The translations under genes and the position numbers were made by a program. Positions 1 to 13,614 of a stretch of 64,000 bases of DNA are shown piece after piece. The stretch spans positions 128,712,001-128,776,000 of the forward strand of contig OZ024743.1 in assembly GCA_964016885.1 (NCBI GenBank), written 5' to 3'. The notes beneath the pieces were generated by a model. That model was not told the DNA's origin. It worked only from the letters and a program-made list of their open reading frames with translations, and searched no databases. Origin of the DNA: Eledone cirrhosa. Lineage: Eukaryota. The stretch's first letter is position 1, and every line of letters begins with the position of its first letter.

Positions 1-457
1 CTCTTTACGTGTTGAATTCAAACCACGCTGTAGTTTATTTGGTGGTAAATTTTAATATGTCACCTTGTTTGACACCACCAACTAGACCTTGGTTGCCTCT
101 CAGATCTCCAGTCTGAAGATATCTTCCCCCCTCCTCGGGCTTCTAAACAGATTCATGGACACTGCTCTCCTCTGGAATCTGGAAATTTCATCAGAAACTA
201 TTAGTAATATATATAAAGAATTGTGAGGTTAAACTTAAGGGTAAAATGTATCTTTCACTATGTTATTCCTATGCCTCTCTTTTCTTATAAAATAGTTGGT
301 GGATTTTATATCGATCTGAATGAGAAAATCGTTTGAGTGATTTAATTGGGGTTTGATTCAGTTTTCAATAACTGCACGCCAAGAAAAGAAGACAAAAAAA
401 CTCCCAAATAAATCTATTACAGAATGAATGATTATTATTTCCCTTGTTATTTCAGCA

Positions 458-530
458 GCCCGGCTAGCTCAGTCGGTAGAGCACGACACTCTTAATCTCG
501 GGGTCGTGGGTTCGAGCCCCACGTTGTGCG
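458..530 (+). tRNA. tRNA-Lys(CTT) variant, stem mismatches G30C and G70T (possibly non-functional)
   Basis: GCCCGGCTAGCTCAGTCGGTAGAGCACGACACTCTTAATCTCGGGGTCGTGGGTTCGAGCCCCACGTTGTGCG; A and B boxes intact; T5 terminator just downstream. Confidence 0.85.
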
Positions 531-2362
531 AAATATTTTTATCTGTTTTAAATCTTAGTTTCTTATTATATTCTGTTTTACTTATTGCATTATATCAAAA
601 TATGAACCTGTTATTTGGCAGTCTCACCCTTCCGAAATATAACACATGTAACATTTAATTTCGATATTATAAGAATCAAATATTGGTCTCTAATTTAATC
701 GAATACTACAGCTTTCCCCTATTTTTTAAGTGATAGTGTGAAAGTTGTGTGATATTTGGTTAGTATTTCTAGCAGGTTAATAACCACAAATACGCACTGT
801 CACCGGTTTGAATATTGTCAGGCTGGTCAAGTGTTGTAAAAAGGAACACATAACGAAGGCCAGCACTGCGCATGTGTGTTCTATAGGAGTGAACCTGGAG
901 CAATTTAAACCAAACATTCACAGAATCAATCTAATCGGTCTTGGAGAACCTGCTATAGTCAAGGACACAACTGCTTCCTCCAGATCTAACGGGAAAATGC
1001 ACAATCTTTATTTAGGTGCCACTAATGTCTACGTCTAAAATATTATAGTAGCAAGAAGTTCAATGTTTGAGATACACGACACGAGTCAAATGCGAAAGCA
1101 AACATGGAACGTAGCGTCACAATTTGGTATATATTCTTCTAATTTCATTTATGACGACATGGGGAATTGATAACATCCTCATAAAATATGATACTCCCTA
1201 GATAATAGTAGATGAATCACTACCTCCTTACGGACAACTCACGCTGCACACCAAGTCCGAACACAAAAGGGCCTTACTACCACTCTCATCGGCTCCATCT
1301 CTCTCGCACTCCCCATCTCTCTCTATTATGAGCAAATGGGATCCCACGTGCTGGCTACCCCATGGCCCGGGCCGAAAGAATAAGAGAAGGTGTTTACCCG
1401 GAAGATGGTAAGGGGGATACGTTAGAAAAGCCATTCGATCTCGCGAAGATCACACCTGCTGCTAGCGAGCTCAGCGCATATGGTGGTGAGTATGGAGGAG
1501 AGCTTAGGGCCAAGGACGCAAGAAAGAAGTGTCCACTGCTAGGGGATCGACTCTAAACCCGTTGGAGAGCGACTGATACTTCGAATAACAGCAACGTGGT
1601 CATTTTAGCAGAAACTATGAATAAATTTGTCAAAAGTGAGATATTGAATGGGATTTGAATTAATTTATTTAACAAGTTTATAAAATATATAGATATAAAT
1701 TGACATTAATGTTGCGAATTGACAGTCGACAGAAGATAAGACTAAGTTACTCTCCATATTTGTTCTGGCTCAAGGTTCTGAGTCCAGCTCACGCCGAGAT
1801 CAACTTTACCTCTTATTCGTTCTGTGTGGATAAAACAAGTTCGGAAGTAGCGCATTGATGCAATTATTTGAGTGCCGAACAAATACCGGAAATAATTTGT
1901 TCCAGCTCTTTACGTGTTGAATTCAAACCACGCTGTAGTTTATTTGGTGGTAAAATTTAATATGTCACCTTGTTTGACACCACCAAATAGACCTGGGTTG
2001 CCTCTCAGATTTCCAGTTTGAAGATATCTTCCTCCCTTCTCGGGCTTCTAAACAGATTCCTGGACACTGCTCTCCTCTGGAATCTGGAAAATTCATCAGA
2101 AACTATTAGTAATATATATAAAGAATTGTGAGGTTAAACTTAAGGGTAAAATGTATCTTTCACTATGTTATTCCTATGCCTCTCTTTTCTTATAAAATAG
2201 TTGGTGGATTTTATATCGATCTGAATGAGAAAATCGTTTGAGTGATTTAATTGGGGTTTGATTCAGTTTTCAATAACTGCACGCCAAGAAAAGAAGACAA
2301 AAAAACTCCCAAATAAATCTATTACAGAATGAATGATTATTATTTCCCTTGTTATTTCAGCA

Positions 2363-2435
2363 GCCCGGCTAGCTCAGTCGGTAGAGCACGAGACTCTTAA
2401 TCTCGGGGTCGTGGGTTCGAGCCCCACGTTGGGCG
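2363..2435 (+). tRNA. tRNA-Lys(CTT), intact
   Basis: 73-nt cloverleaf matching metazoan tRNA-Lys-CTT except a compensatory C27-G43 pair; T4 run downstream. Confidence 0.97.
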
Positions 2436-4211
2436 AAATAATTTTATCTGTTTTAAATCTCAGTTTCTTATATTCTGTTTTACTTATTGCTTTATATGAC
2501 AATATGAACCTCTTATTTGGCAGTCTCACCCTTCCGAAATATAACACATGTAACATTTAATTTCGATATTATAAGAATCAAATATTGGTCTCTAATTTAA
2601 TCGAATACTACAGCTTTCCCCTATTTTTTAAGCGATAGTGTGAAAGTTGCGTGATATTTGGTTAGTATTTCTAGCCGTATGATAACCACATATACGCACT
2701 GTCACCGGTTTGAATATTTTCAGGCTGGTCAAGTGTTGTAAAAAGGAACACATAACGAAGGCCAGCACTGCGCATGTGTGTCCTATAGGAGTGAAACTGC
2801 AGCAATTTAAACCAAACATTCACAGAATCAATCTAATCGGTCTTGGAGAACCTGCAATAGTCAAGGACACAACTGCTTCCCCCATATCTAACGGGAAATT
2901 GCACAATCTTTATTTAGGTGCCACTAATGTCTACGTCTAAAATATTATCGTAGCAAGAAGTTCTATGTTTGAGATACACGCCACGAGTCAAACGCGAAAG
3001 CAAACATGGAACGTAGCGTCACAATTTGGTATATATTCTTCTAATTTCATTTATGACGGCATGGGGAATTGATAACATCCTCATAAAATATGATACTCCC
3101 AAGAAAATAGTAGATGAATCACTACCTTCTTAGTGACAACTCACGCTGCACACCAAGTCCGAACACAAAAGAGCCTTACTCCCACTCTCATCGGCTCCAT
3201 CTCTCTCGCACTCCCCACCACTCTCTTTTATGAGCAAATGGGGTCCAACGTGCTGGCCACTCCATGGACCAGGGGCCGAAAGAATAAGAGAAGGCGTTTA
3301 CACGGAAGATGGTAAGTGAGATGCGCATATATTGGTAAGTATAGAGGAGAGTTTAGGGGCAAGGACCCAAGAAAGAAATCTCCAATGCTAGGGGATCGAT
3401 TCCAAACCCGTTGGAGAGCGACCGATACTTCGAATAACAGCAACGTGGTCATTTTAGCAGAGACTATAAATAAACTTTTCAAAAGTGAGATATTGAATGG
3501 GATTTGAACTTCTTTATTTAACAAGTTTATAAAATATATAAATTTAAATTGACATTAAGGTTGCGAATTGACAGTCGACAGAAGATAAGACTAAATTACT
3601 CTCCATATTTGTTCTGGCTCTAAGTTCTGAGTCCAGCTCACGCCGAGATCAACTTTACCTCTTATTCGTTCTGTGTGGATAAAACAAGTTCGGAAGTAGC
3701 GCATTGATGCAATTATTTGAGTGCAGAACAAATACCGGAAATAATTTGTTCCAGCTCTTTACGTGTTGAATTCAAACCACGCTGTAGTTTATTTGGTGGT
3801 AAATTTTAATATGTCACCTTGTTTGACACCACCAACTAGACCTGGGTTGCCTCTCAGAACTCCAGTTTGAAGATATCTTCCTCCCTTCTCGGGCTTCTAA
3901 ACAGATTCATGGACACTGCTCTCCTCTGGAATCTGGAAAATTCATCAGAAACTATTAGTAATATATATAAAGAATTGTGAGGTTAAACTTAAGGGTAAAA
4001 TGTATCTTTCACTATGTTATTCCTATGCCTCTCTTTTCTTATAAAATAGTTGGTGGATTTTATATCGATCCGAATGAGAAAATCGTTTGAGTGATTTAAT
4101 TGGGGTTTGATTCAGTTTTCAATAACTGCACGCCAAGAAAAGAAGACAAAAAAACTCCCAAATAAATCTATTACAGAATGAATGATTATTATTTCCCTTG
4201 TTATTTCAGCA

Positions 4212-4284
4212 GCCCGGCTAGCTCAGTCGGTAGAGCACGAGACTCTTAATCTCGGGGTCGTAGGTTCGAGCCCCACGTTGGTCG
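4212..4284 (+). tRNA. tRNA-Lys(CTT) variant, G51A and G71T stem mismatches
   Basis: Array consensus except GTCGTAGGTTCG and TTGGTCG. Confidence 0.85.
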
Positions 4285-6059
4285 AAATAATTTTATCTGT
4301 TTTAAATCTCAGTTTCTTATATTCTGTTTTACTTATTGCTTTATATGACAATATGAACCTCTTATTTGGCAGTCTCACCCTTCCGAAATATAACACATGT
4401 AACATTTAATTTCGATATTATAAGAATCAAATATTGGTCTCTAATTTAATCGAATACTACAGCTTTCCCCTATTTTTTAAGCGATAGTGTGAAAGTTGCG
4501 TGATATTTGGTTAGTATTTCTAGCAGGTTGATAACCACATATACGCACTGTCACCGGTTTGAATATTTTCAGGCTGGTCAAGTGTTGTAAAAAGGAACAC
4601 ATAACGAAGGCCAGCACTGCGCATGTGTGTCCTATAGGAGTGAAACTGCAGCAATTTAAACCAAACATTCACAGAATCAATCTAATCGGTCTTGGAGAAC
4701 CTGCAATAGTCAAGGACACAACTGCTTCCTCCATATCTAACGGGAAATTGCACAATCTTTATTTAGGTGCCACTAATGTCTACGTCTAAAATATTATCGT
4801 AGCAAGAAGTTCTATGTTTGAGATACACGCCACGAGTCAAACGCGAAAGCAAACATGGAACGTAGCGTCACAATTTGGTATATATTCTTCTAATTTCATT
4901 TATGACGGCATGGGGAATTGATAACATCCTCATAAAATATGATACTCCCAAGAAAATAGTAGATGAATCACTACCTTCTTAGTGACAACTCACGCTGCAC
5001 ACCAAGTCCGAACACAAAAGAGCCTTACTCCCACTCTCATCGGCTCCATCTCTCTCGCACTCCCCACCACTCTCTTTTATGAGCAAATGGGGTCCAACGT
5101 GCTGGCCACTCCATGGACCAGGGGCCGAAAGAATAAGAGAAGGCGTTTACACGGAAGATGGTAAGTGAGATGCGCATATATTGGTAAGTATAGAGGAGAG
5201 TTTAGGGGCAAGGACCCAAGAAAGAAATCTCCAATGCTAGGGGATCGATTCCAAACCCGTTGGAGAGCTACCGATACTTCGAATAACAGCAACGTGGTCA
5301 TTTTAGCAGAGACTATAAATAAACTTTTCAAAAGTGAGATATTGAATGGGATTTGAACTTCTTTATTTAACAAGTTTATAAAATATATAAATTTAAATTG
5401 ACATTAAGGTTGCGAATTGACAGTCGACAGAAGATAAGACTAAATTACTCTCCATATTTGTTCTGGCTCTAAGTTCTGAGTCCAGCTCACGCCGAGATCA
5501 ACTTTACCTCTTATTCGTTCTGTGTGGATAAAACAAGTTCGGAAGTAGCGCATTGATGCAATTATTTGAGTGCCGAACAAATACCGGAAATAATTTGTTC
5601 CAGCTCTTTACGTGTTGAATTCAAACCACGCTGTAGTTTATTTGGTGGTAAATTTTAATATGTCACCTTGTTTGACACCACCAACTAGACCTGGGTTGCC
5701 TCTCAGAACTCCAGTTTGAAGATATCTTCCTCCCTTCTCGGGCTTCTAAACAGATTCATGGACACTGCTCTCCTCTGGAATCTGGAAAATTCATCAGAAA
5801 CTATTAGTAATATATATAAAGAATTGTGAGGTTAAACTTAAGGGTAAAATGTATCTTTCACTATGTTATTCCTAGGCCTCTCTTTTCTTATAAAATAGTT
5901 GGTGGATTTTTATAAGGAGCTGAATAAGAAAATCGTTTGAGTGATATAATTGGGGTTTGATTCAGTTTTCAATAACTGCACGCCAAAAAAGAAGACAAAA
6001 ACCCCCCAAATAAATCTATTACAGAATGAATGATTATTATTTCCCTTGTTATTTCAGCA

Positions 6060-6132
6060 GCCCGGCTAGCTCAGTCGGTAGAGCACGAGACTCTTAATCT
6101 CGGGGTCGTGGGTTCGAGCCCCACGTTGGGCG
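6060..6132 (+). tRNA. tRNA-Lys(CTT), intact
   Basis: Array consensus sequence; T5 terminator downstream. Confidence 0.97.
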
Positions 6133-7909
6133 AAATATTTTTATCTGTTTTAAATCTTAGTTTCTTATATTCTGTTTTACTTACTGCTTTATATGACAAT
6201 ATGAACCTCTTATTTGGCAGTCTCACCCTTTCGAAATATAACACATGTAACATTTAATTTCGATATTATCAGAAACAAATACTGGTCTCTAATTTAACCG
6301 AATACTACAGCTTTCCCCTATTTTTTAAGCGATAGTGTGAAAGTTGCGTGATATTTGGTTAGTATTTCTAGCAGGTTGATAACCACATATACGCACTGTC
6401 ACCGGTTTGAATATTGTCAGGCTGGTCAAGTGTTGTAAAAAGGGACACATAACGAAGGCCAGCACTGCACATGTGTGTCCTATAGGAGAGGAACCTGCAG
6501 CAATTTAAACCAAACATTCACAGAATCAATCTAATCGGTCTTGGAGAACCTGCAATAGTCAAGGACACAACTGCTTCCTCCAGATCTAACGGGAAAATGC
6601 ACAATCTTTATTTAGGTGCCACTAATGTCTACGTCTAAAATATTATCGTAGCAAGAAGTTCTATGTTTGAGATACACGCCACGAGTCAAATGCGAAAGCA
6701 AACATGGAACGTAGCGTCACAATTTGGTATATATTCTTCTAATTTCATTTATGACGGCATGGGGAATTGATAACATCCTCATAAAATATGATACTCCCAA
6801 GAAAATAGTAGATGAATCACTACCTTCTTAGTGACAACTCACGCTGCACACCAAGTCCTAACACAAAAGAGCCTTACTCCCACTCTCATCGGCTCCATCT
6901 CTCTCGCACTCCCCACCACTCTCTTTTATGAGCAAATGGGGTCCAACGTGCTGGCCACCCCATGGCCCAGGGGCCGAAAGAATAAGAGAAGGCGTTTACA
7001 CGGAAGATGGTAAGTGAGATGCGCATATAGTGGTAAGTATAGAGGAGAGTTTAGGGGCAAGGACCCAAGAAAGAAATCTCCAATGCTAGGGGATCGACTC
7101 CAGACCTATCGGAGAGCGACCGATACTTCGAATAACAGCAACGTGGTCATTTTAGCAGAGACTATAAATAAACTTTTCAAAAGTGACATATTGAATGGGA
7201 TTTGAATTAATTTATTTAACAAGTTTATAAAATATATAGATTTAAATTGACATTAAGGTTGCGAATTGACAGTCGACAGAAGATAAGACTAAATTACTCT
7301 CCATATTTGTTCTGGCTCTAAGTTCTGAGTCCAGCTCACGCCGAGATCAACTTTACCTCTTATTCGTTCTGTGTGGATAAAACAAGTTCGGAAGTAGCGC
7401 ATTGATGCAATTATTTGAGTGCAGAACAAATACCGGAAATAATTTGGTCCAGCTCTTTACGTGTTGAACTCAAACCACGCTGTAGTTTATTTGGTGGTAA
7501 AATTTAATATGTCACCTTGTTTGACACCACCAACTAGACCTGGGCTGCCTCTCAGATCTCCAGTTTGAAGATATCTTCCTCCCTTCTCGGGCTTCTAAAC
7601 AGATTCATGGACACTGCTCTCCTCTGGCATCTGGAAATTTCAACAGAAACTATTAGTAATATATATAAAGAATTGTGAGGTTAAAATTAAGGGTAACATG
7701 TATCTTTCACTATGTTATTCCTATGCCTCTCTTTTCTTATAAAATAGTTGGTGGATTTTATATCGATCTGAATAAGAAAATCGTTTGAGTGATTTAATTG
7801 GTGTTTGATTCAGTTTTCAATAACTGCACGCCAAAAAAAGAAGACAAAAAAACCCCCAAATAAATCTATTACAGAATGAATGATTATTATTTCCATTGTT
7901 ATTTCAGCA

Positions 7910-7982
7910 GCCCGGCTAGCTCAGTCGGTAGAGCACGAGACTCTTAATCTCGGGGTCGTGGGTTCGAGCCCCACGTTGGGCG
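7910..7982 (+). tRNA. tRNA-Lys(CTT), intact
   Basis: Array consensus sequence; T5 terminator downstream. Confidence 0.97.
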
Positions 7983-9811
7983 AAATATTTTTATCTGTTT
8001 TAAATCTTAGTTTCTTATTATATTCTGTTTTACTTATTGCATTATATCAACATATGAACCTGTTATTTGGCAGTCTCACCCTTCCGAAATATAACACATG
8101 TAACATTTAATTTCGATATTATAAGAAACAAATACTGGTCTCTAATTTAATCGAATACTACAACTTTCCCCTATTTTTTAGCGATAGTGTGAAAGTTGTG
8201 TGATATTTGGTTAGTATTTCTAGCAGGTTGATAACCACATATACGCACTGTCACCGGTTTGAATATTGTCAGGCTGGTCAAGTGTTGTAAAAAGGAAAAC
8301 ATAACGAAGGCCAGCACTGCGCATGTGTGTCCTATAGGAGAGGAACCTGCAGCAATTTAAACCAAACATTCGCAGAATCAATCTAATCGGTCTTGGAGAA
8401 CCTGCAATAGTCAAGGACACAACTGCTTCCTCCAGATCTAACGGGAAAATGCACAATCTTTATTTAGGTGCAACTAATGTCTACGTCTAAAATATTATAG
8501 TAGCAAGAAGTTCAATATTTGAGATACACGACACGAGTCAAATGCGAAAGCAAACATGGAACGTAGCGTCACAATTTGGTATATATTCTTCTAATTTCAT
8601 TTATGATGACATGGGGAATTGATAACATCCTCATAAAATATGATACTCCCAAGAAAATAGTAGATGAATCACTACCTTCTTAGTGACAACTCACGCTGCA
8701 CACCAAGTCCTAACACAAAAGAGCCTTACTCCCACTCTCATCGGCTCCATCTCTCTCGCACTCCCCACCTCTCTCTATTATGAGCTAATGGGGTCCAACG
8801 TGCTGGCCACCCCATGGCCCAGGGGGAAAGAATAAGAGAAGCGTTTACCCGGAATATGGTAAGTGAGATGCGCTAGAAAAGCCATTCCATCTCGCGAGGC
8901 TCACACCTGCTGCTAGCAAGCTCAGCGCATATGGTAGTAAGTATGGAGGAGAGTTTAGGGCCAAGGACCCAAGAAAGAAGTCTCCAATGCTAGGGGCTCG
9001 ACTCTAAACCCGTTGGAGAGCGACCGATACTTCGAATAACAGCAACGTGGTCATTTTAGCAGAGACTATGAATAAACTTTTCAAAAGTGAGATATTCAAT
9101 GGGATTTGAATTTCTTTATTTAACAAGTTTATAAAATATATAGATATAAATTGACATTAAGGTTGCGAATTGACAGTCGACAGAAGATAAGACTAAATTA
9201 CTCTCCATATTTGTTCTGGCTCAACGCTGAGTCCAGCTCACGCCGAGATCAACTTTACCTCTTATTCGTTCTGTGTGGATAAAACAAGTTCGGAAGTAGC
9301 GCATTGATGCAATTATTTGAGTGCAGAACAAATACCGGAAATAATTTGTTCCAGCTCTTTACGTGTTGAATTCAAACCACGCTGTAGTTTATTTGGTGGT
9401 AAATTTTAATATGTCACCTTGTTTGACACCACCAACTAGACCTTGGTTGCCTCTCAGATCTCCAGTCTGAAGATATCTTCCTCCCTCCTCGGGCTTCTAA
9501 ACAGATTCATGGACACTGCTCTCCCCTGGAATCTGGAAATTTCATCAGAAACTATTAGTAATATATATAAAGAATTGTGAGGTTAAACTTAAGGGTAAAA
9601 TGTATCTTTCACTATGTTATTCCTATGCCTCTCTTTTCTTATAAAATAGTTGGTGGATTTTATATCGATCTGAATGAGAAAATCGTTTGAGTGATTTAAT
9701 TGGGGTTTGATTCAGTTTTCAATAACTGCACGCCAAAAAAAGAAGACAAAAAAAACCCCAAATAAATCTATTACAGTATGAATGATTATTATTTCCATTG
9801 TTATTTCATGA

Positions 9812-9884
9812 GCCCGGCTAGCTCAGTCGGTAGAGCACGAGACTCTTAATCTCGGGGTCGTGGGTTCGAGCCCCACGTTGGGCG
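9812..9884 (+). tRNA. tRNA-Lys(CTT), intact
   Basis: Array consensus sequence; T5 terminator downstream. Confidence 0.97.
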
Positions 9885-11692
9885 AAATATTTTTATCTGT
9901 TTTAAATCTTAGTTTCTTATTATATTCTGTTTTACTTATTGCTTTATATGACGATATGTACCTCTTATTTGGCAGTCTCACCCTTCCGAAATATAACACA
10001 TGTAACATTTAATTTCGATATTATAAGAATCAAATACTGGTCTCTAATTTAATCGAATACTACAGATTTCCCCTATTTTTTAAGTGATAGTGTGAAAGTT
10101 GTGTGATATTTGGTTAGTATTTCTAGCAGGTTAATAACCACATATACGCACTGTCACCGAATTGAATATTTTCAGGCTGGTCAAATGTTTTAAAAAGGAA
10201 CACATAACGAAGGCCTCACTGCGCATGTGTGTTCTATAGGAGTCAACCTGCAGCAATTTAAACCAAACATTCACAGAATCAATCTAATCGGTCTTGGAGA
10301 ACCTGCAATAGTCAAGGACACAACTGCTTCCTCCAGATCTAACGGGAAAATGCACAATCTTTATTTAGGTGCCACTAATTTCTACGTCTAAAATATTATA
10401 GTAGCAAGAAGTTCTATGTTTGAGATACACGCCACGAGTCAAATGCGAAACAAAATATGGAACGTAGAATCACAATTTGGTATATATTCTTCTAACTTCA
10501 TTTATGACGACATGGGGAATTGATAACATCCTCATAAAATATAATACTCCCAAGAAAATAGTAGATGAATCACTACCTCCTTACGGACAACTCACGCTGC
10601 ACACCAAGTCCGAACACAAAAGGGCCTTACTCCCACTCTCATCGGCTCCATCTCTCTCGCACTCCCCATCTCTCTCTATTATGAGCAAATGGGATCCCAC
10701 GTGCTGGCTACCCCATGGCCCGGGCCGAAAGAATAAGAGAAGGTGTTTACCCGGAAGATGGTAAGGGAGATGCGTTAGAAAAGCCATTCCATCTCGCGAA
10801 GCTCACACCTGCTGCTAGCGAGCTGAGCGCATATGGTGGTGAGTATGGAAGAGAGCTTAGGGCCAAAGACCCAAGGGGATCGACTCCAAACCTATCGGAG
10901 AGCGACCGATACTTCGAATAACAGCAACGTGGTCATTTTAGCAGAAACTATGAATAAATTTGTCAAAAGTGAGATATTTTATGGGATTTGAATTAATTTA
11001 TTTAACAAGTTTATAAAATATATAGATAGAAATTGACTTTAAGGTTGCGAATTGACAGTCGACAGAAGATAAGACTAAATTGCTCTCCATATTTGTTCTG
11101 GCTCAACGCTGAGTCCAGCTCACGCCGAGATCAACTTTACCTCTTATTCGTTCTGTGTGGATAAAACAAGTTCGGAAGTAGCGCATTGATGCAATTATTT
11201 GAGTGCCGAACAAATACCGGAAATAATTTGTTCCAGCTCTTTACGTGTTGAATTCAAACCACGCTGTAGTTTATTTGGTGGTAAATTTTAATATGTCACC
11301 TTGTTTGACACCACCAACTAGACCTGGGTTGCCTCTCAGATCTCCAGTCTGAAGATATCTTCCTCCCTTCTCGGGCTTCTAAACAGATTCATGGACACTG
11401 CTCTCCTCTGGAATCTGGAAAATTCATCAGAAACTATTAGTAATATATATAAAGAATTGTGAGGTTAAACTTAAGGGTAAAATGTATCTTTCACTATGTT
11501 ATTCCTAGGCCTCTCTTTTCTTATAAAATAGTTGGTGGATTTTTATAAGGAGCTGAATAAGAAAATCGTTTGAGTGATATAATTGGGGTTTGATTCAGTT
11601 TTCAATAACTGCACGCCAAAAAAGAAGACAAAAACCCCCCAAATAAATCTATTACAGAATGAATGATTATTATTTCCCTTGTTATTTCAGCA

Positions 11693-11765
11693 GCCCGGCT
11701 AGCTCAGTTGGTAGAGCACGAGACTCTTAATCTCGGGGTCGTGGGTTCGAGCCCCACGTTGGGCG
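11693..11765 (+). tRNA. tRNA-Lys(CTT), intact, D-loop C17T
   Basis: Consensus except CAGTTGGT in the D-loop (unpaired position). Confidence 0.95.
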
Positions 11766-13541
11766 AAATATTTTTATCTGTTTTAAATCTTAGTTTCTTA
11801 TATTCTGTTTTACTTACTGCTTTATATGACAATATGAACCTCTTATTTGGCAGTCTCACCCTTTCGAAATATAACACATGTAACATTTAATTTCGATATT
11901 ATCAGAAACAAATACTGGTCTCTAATTTAACCGAATACTACAACTTTCCCCTATTTTTTAAGCGATAGTGTGAAAGTTGCGTGATATTTGGTTAGTATTT
12001 CTAGCAGGTTGATAACCACATATACGCACTGTCACCGGTTTGAATATTGTCAGGCTGGTCAAGTGTTGTAAAAAGGAACACATAACGAAGGCCAGCACTG
12101 CGCATGTGTGTCCTATAGGAGTGAAACTGCAGCAATTTAAACCAAACATTCACAGAATCAATCTAATCGGTCTTGGAGAACCTGCAATAGTCAAGGACAC
12201 AACTGCTTCCTCCAGATCTAACGGGAAAATGCACAATCTTTATTTAGGTGCCACTAATGTCTACGTCTAAAATATTATCGTAGCAAGAAGTTCTATGTTT
12301 GAGATACACGCCACGAGTCAAATGCGAAAGCAAACATGGAACGTAGCGTCACAATTTGGTATATATTCTTCTAATTTCATTTATGACGGCATGGGGAATT
12401 GATAACATCCTCATAAAATATGATACTCCCAAGAAAATAGTAGATGAATCACTACCTTCTTAGTGACAACTCACGCTGCACACCAAGTCCTAACACAAAA
12501 GAGCCTTACTCCCACTCTCATCGGCTCCATCTCTCTCGCACTCCCCACCACTCTCTTTTATGAGCAAATGGGGTCCAACGTGCTGGCCATCCCATGGCCC
12601 AGGGGCCGAAAGAATAAGAGAAGGCGTTTACACGGAAGATGGTAAGTGAGATGCGCATATAGTGGTAAGTATAGAGGAGAGTTTAGGGGCAAGGACCCAA
12701 GAAAGAAATCTCCAATGCTAGGGGATCGACTCCAGACCTATCGGAGAGCGACCGATACTTCGAATAACAGCAACGTGGTCATTTTAGCAGAGACTATAAA
12801 TAAACTTTTCAAAAGTGACATATTGAATGGGATTTGAATTAATTTATTTAACAAGTTTATAAAATATATAGATTTAAATTGACATTAAGGTTGCGAATTG
12901 ACAGTCGACAGAAGATAAGACTAAATTACTCTCCATATTTGTTCTGGCTCTAAGTTCTGAGTCCAGCTCACGCCGAGATCAACTTTACCTCTTATTCGTT
13001 CTGTGTGGATAAAACAAGTTCGGAAGTAGCGCATTGATGCAATTATTTGAGTGCAGAACAAATACCGGAAATAATTTGGTCCAGCTCTTTACGTGTTGAA
13101 CTCAAACCACGCTGTAGTTTATTTGGTGGTAAAATTTAATATGTCACCTTGTTTGACACCACCAACTAGACCTGGGTTGCCTCTCAGATCTCCAGTTTGA
13201 AGATATCTTCCTCCCTTCTCGGGCTTCTAAACAGATTCATGGACACTGCTCTCCTCTGGCATCTGGAAATTTCAACAGAAACTATTAGTAATATATATAA
13301 AGAATTGTGAGGTTAAAATTAAGGGTAACATGTATCTTTCACTATGTTATTCCTATGCCTCTCTTTTCTTATAAAATAGTTGGTGGATTTTATATCGATC
13401 TGAATAAGAAAATCGTTTGAGTGATTTAATTGGTGTTTGATTCAGTTTTCAATAACTGCACGCCAAAAAAAGAAGACAAAAAAACCCCCAAATAAATCTA
13501 TTACAGAATGAATGATTATTATTTCCATTGTTATTTCAGCA

Positions 13542-13614
13542 GCCCGGCTAGCTCAGTCGGTAGAGCACGAGACTCTTAATCTCGGGGTCGTGGGTTCGAG
13601 CCCCACGTTGGGCG
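13542..13614 (+). tRNA. tRNA-Lys(CTT), intact
   Basis: Array consensus sequence; T5 terminator downstream. Confidence 0.97.

Noticed and set aside
428-658. Recurrent 75-76 aa ORF MIIISLVISAARLAQSVEH...
   Set aside because: It is a translation through the tRNA gene and its AT-rich flank; the frame is broken in several units
808-1556. Other recurrent short ORFs in the array units as a multigene operon-like system
   Set aside because: Recurrence reflects DNA duplication; frames are disrupted by indels and stops between units and start codons are mostly non-ATG
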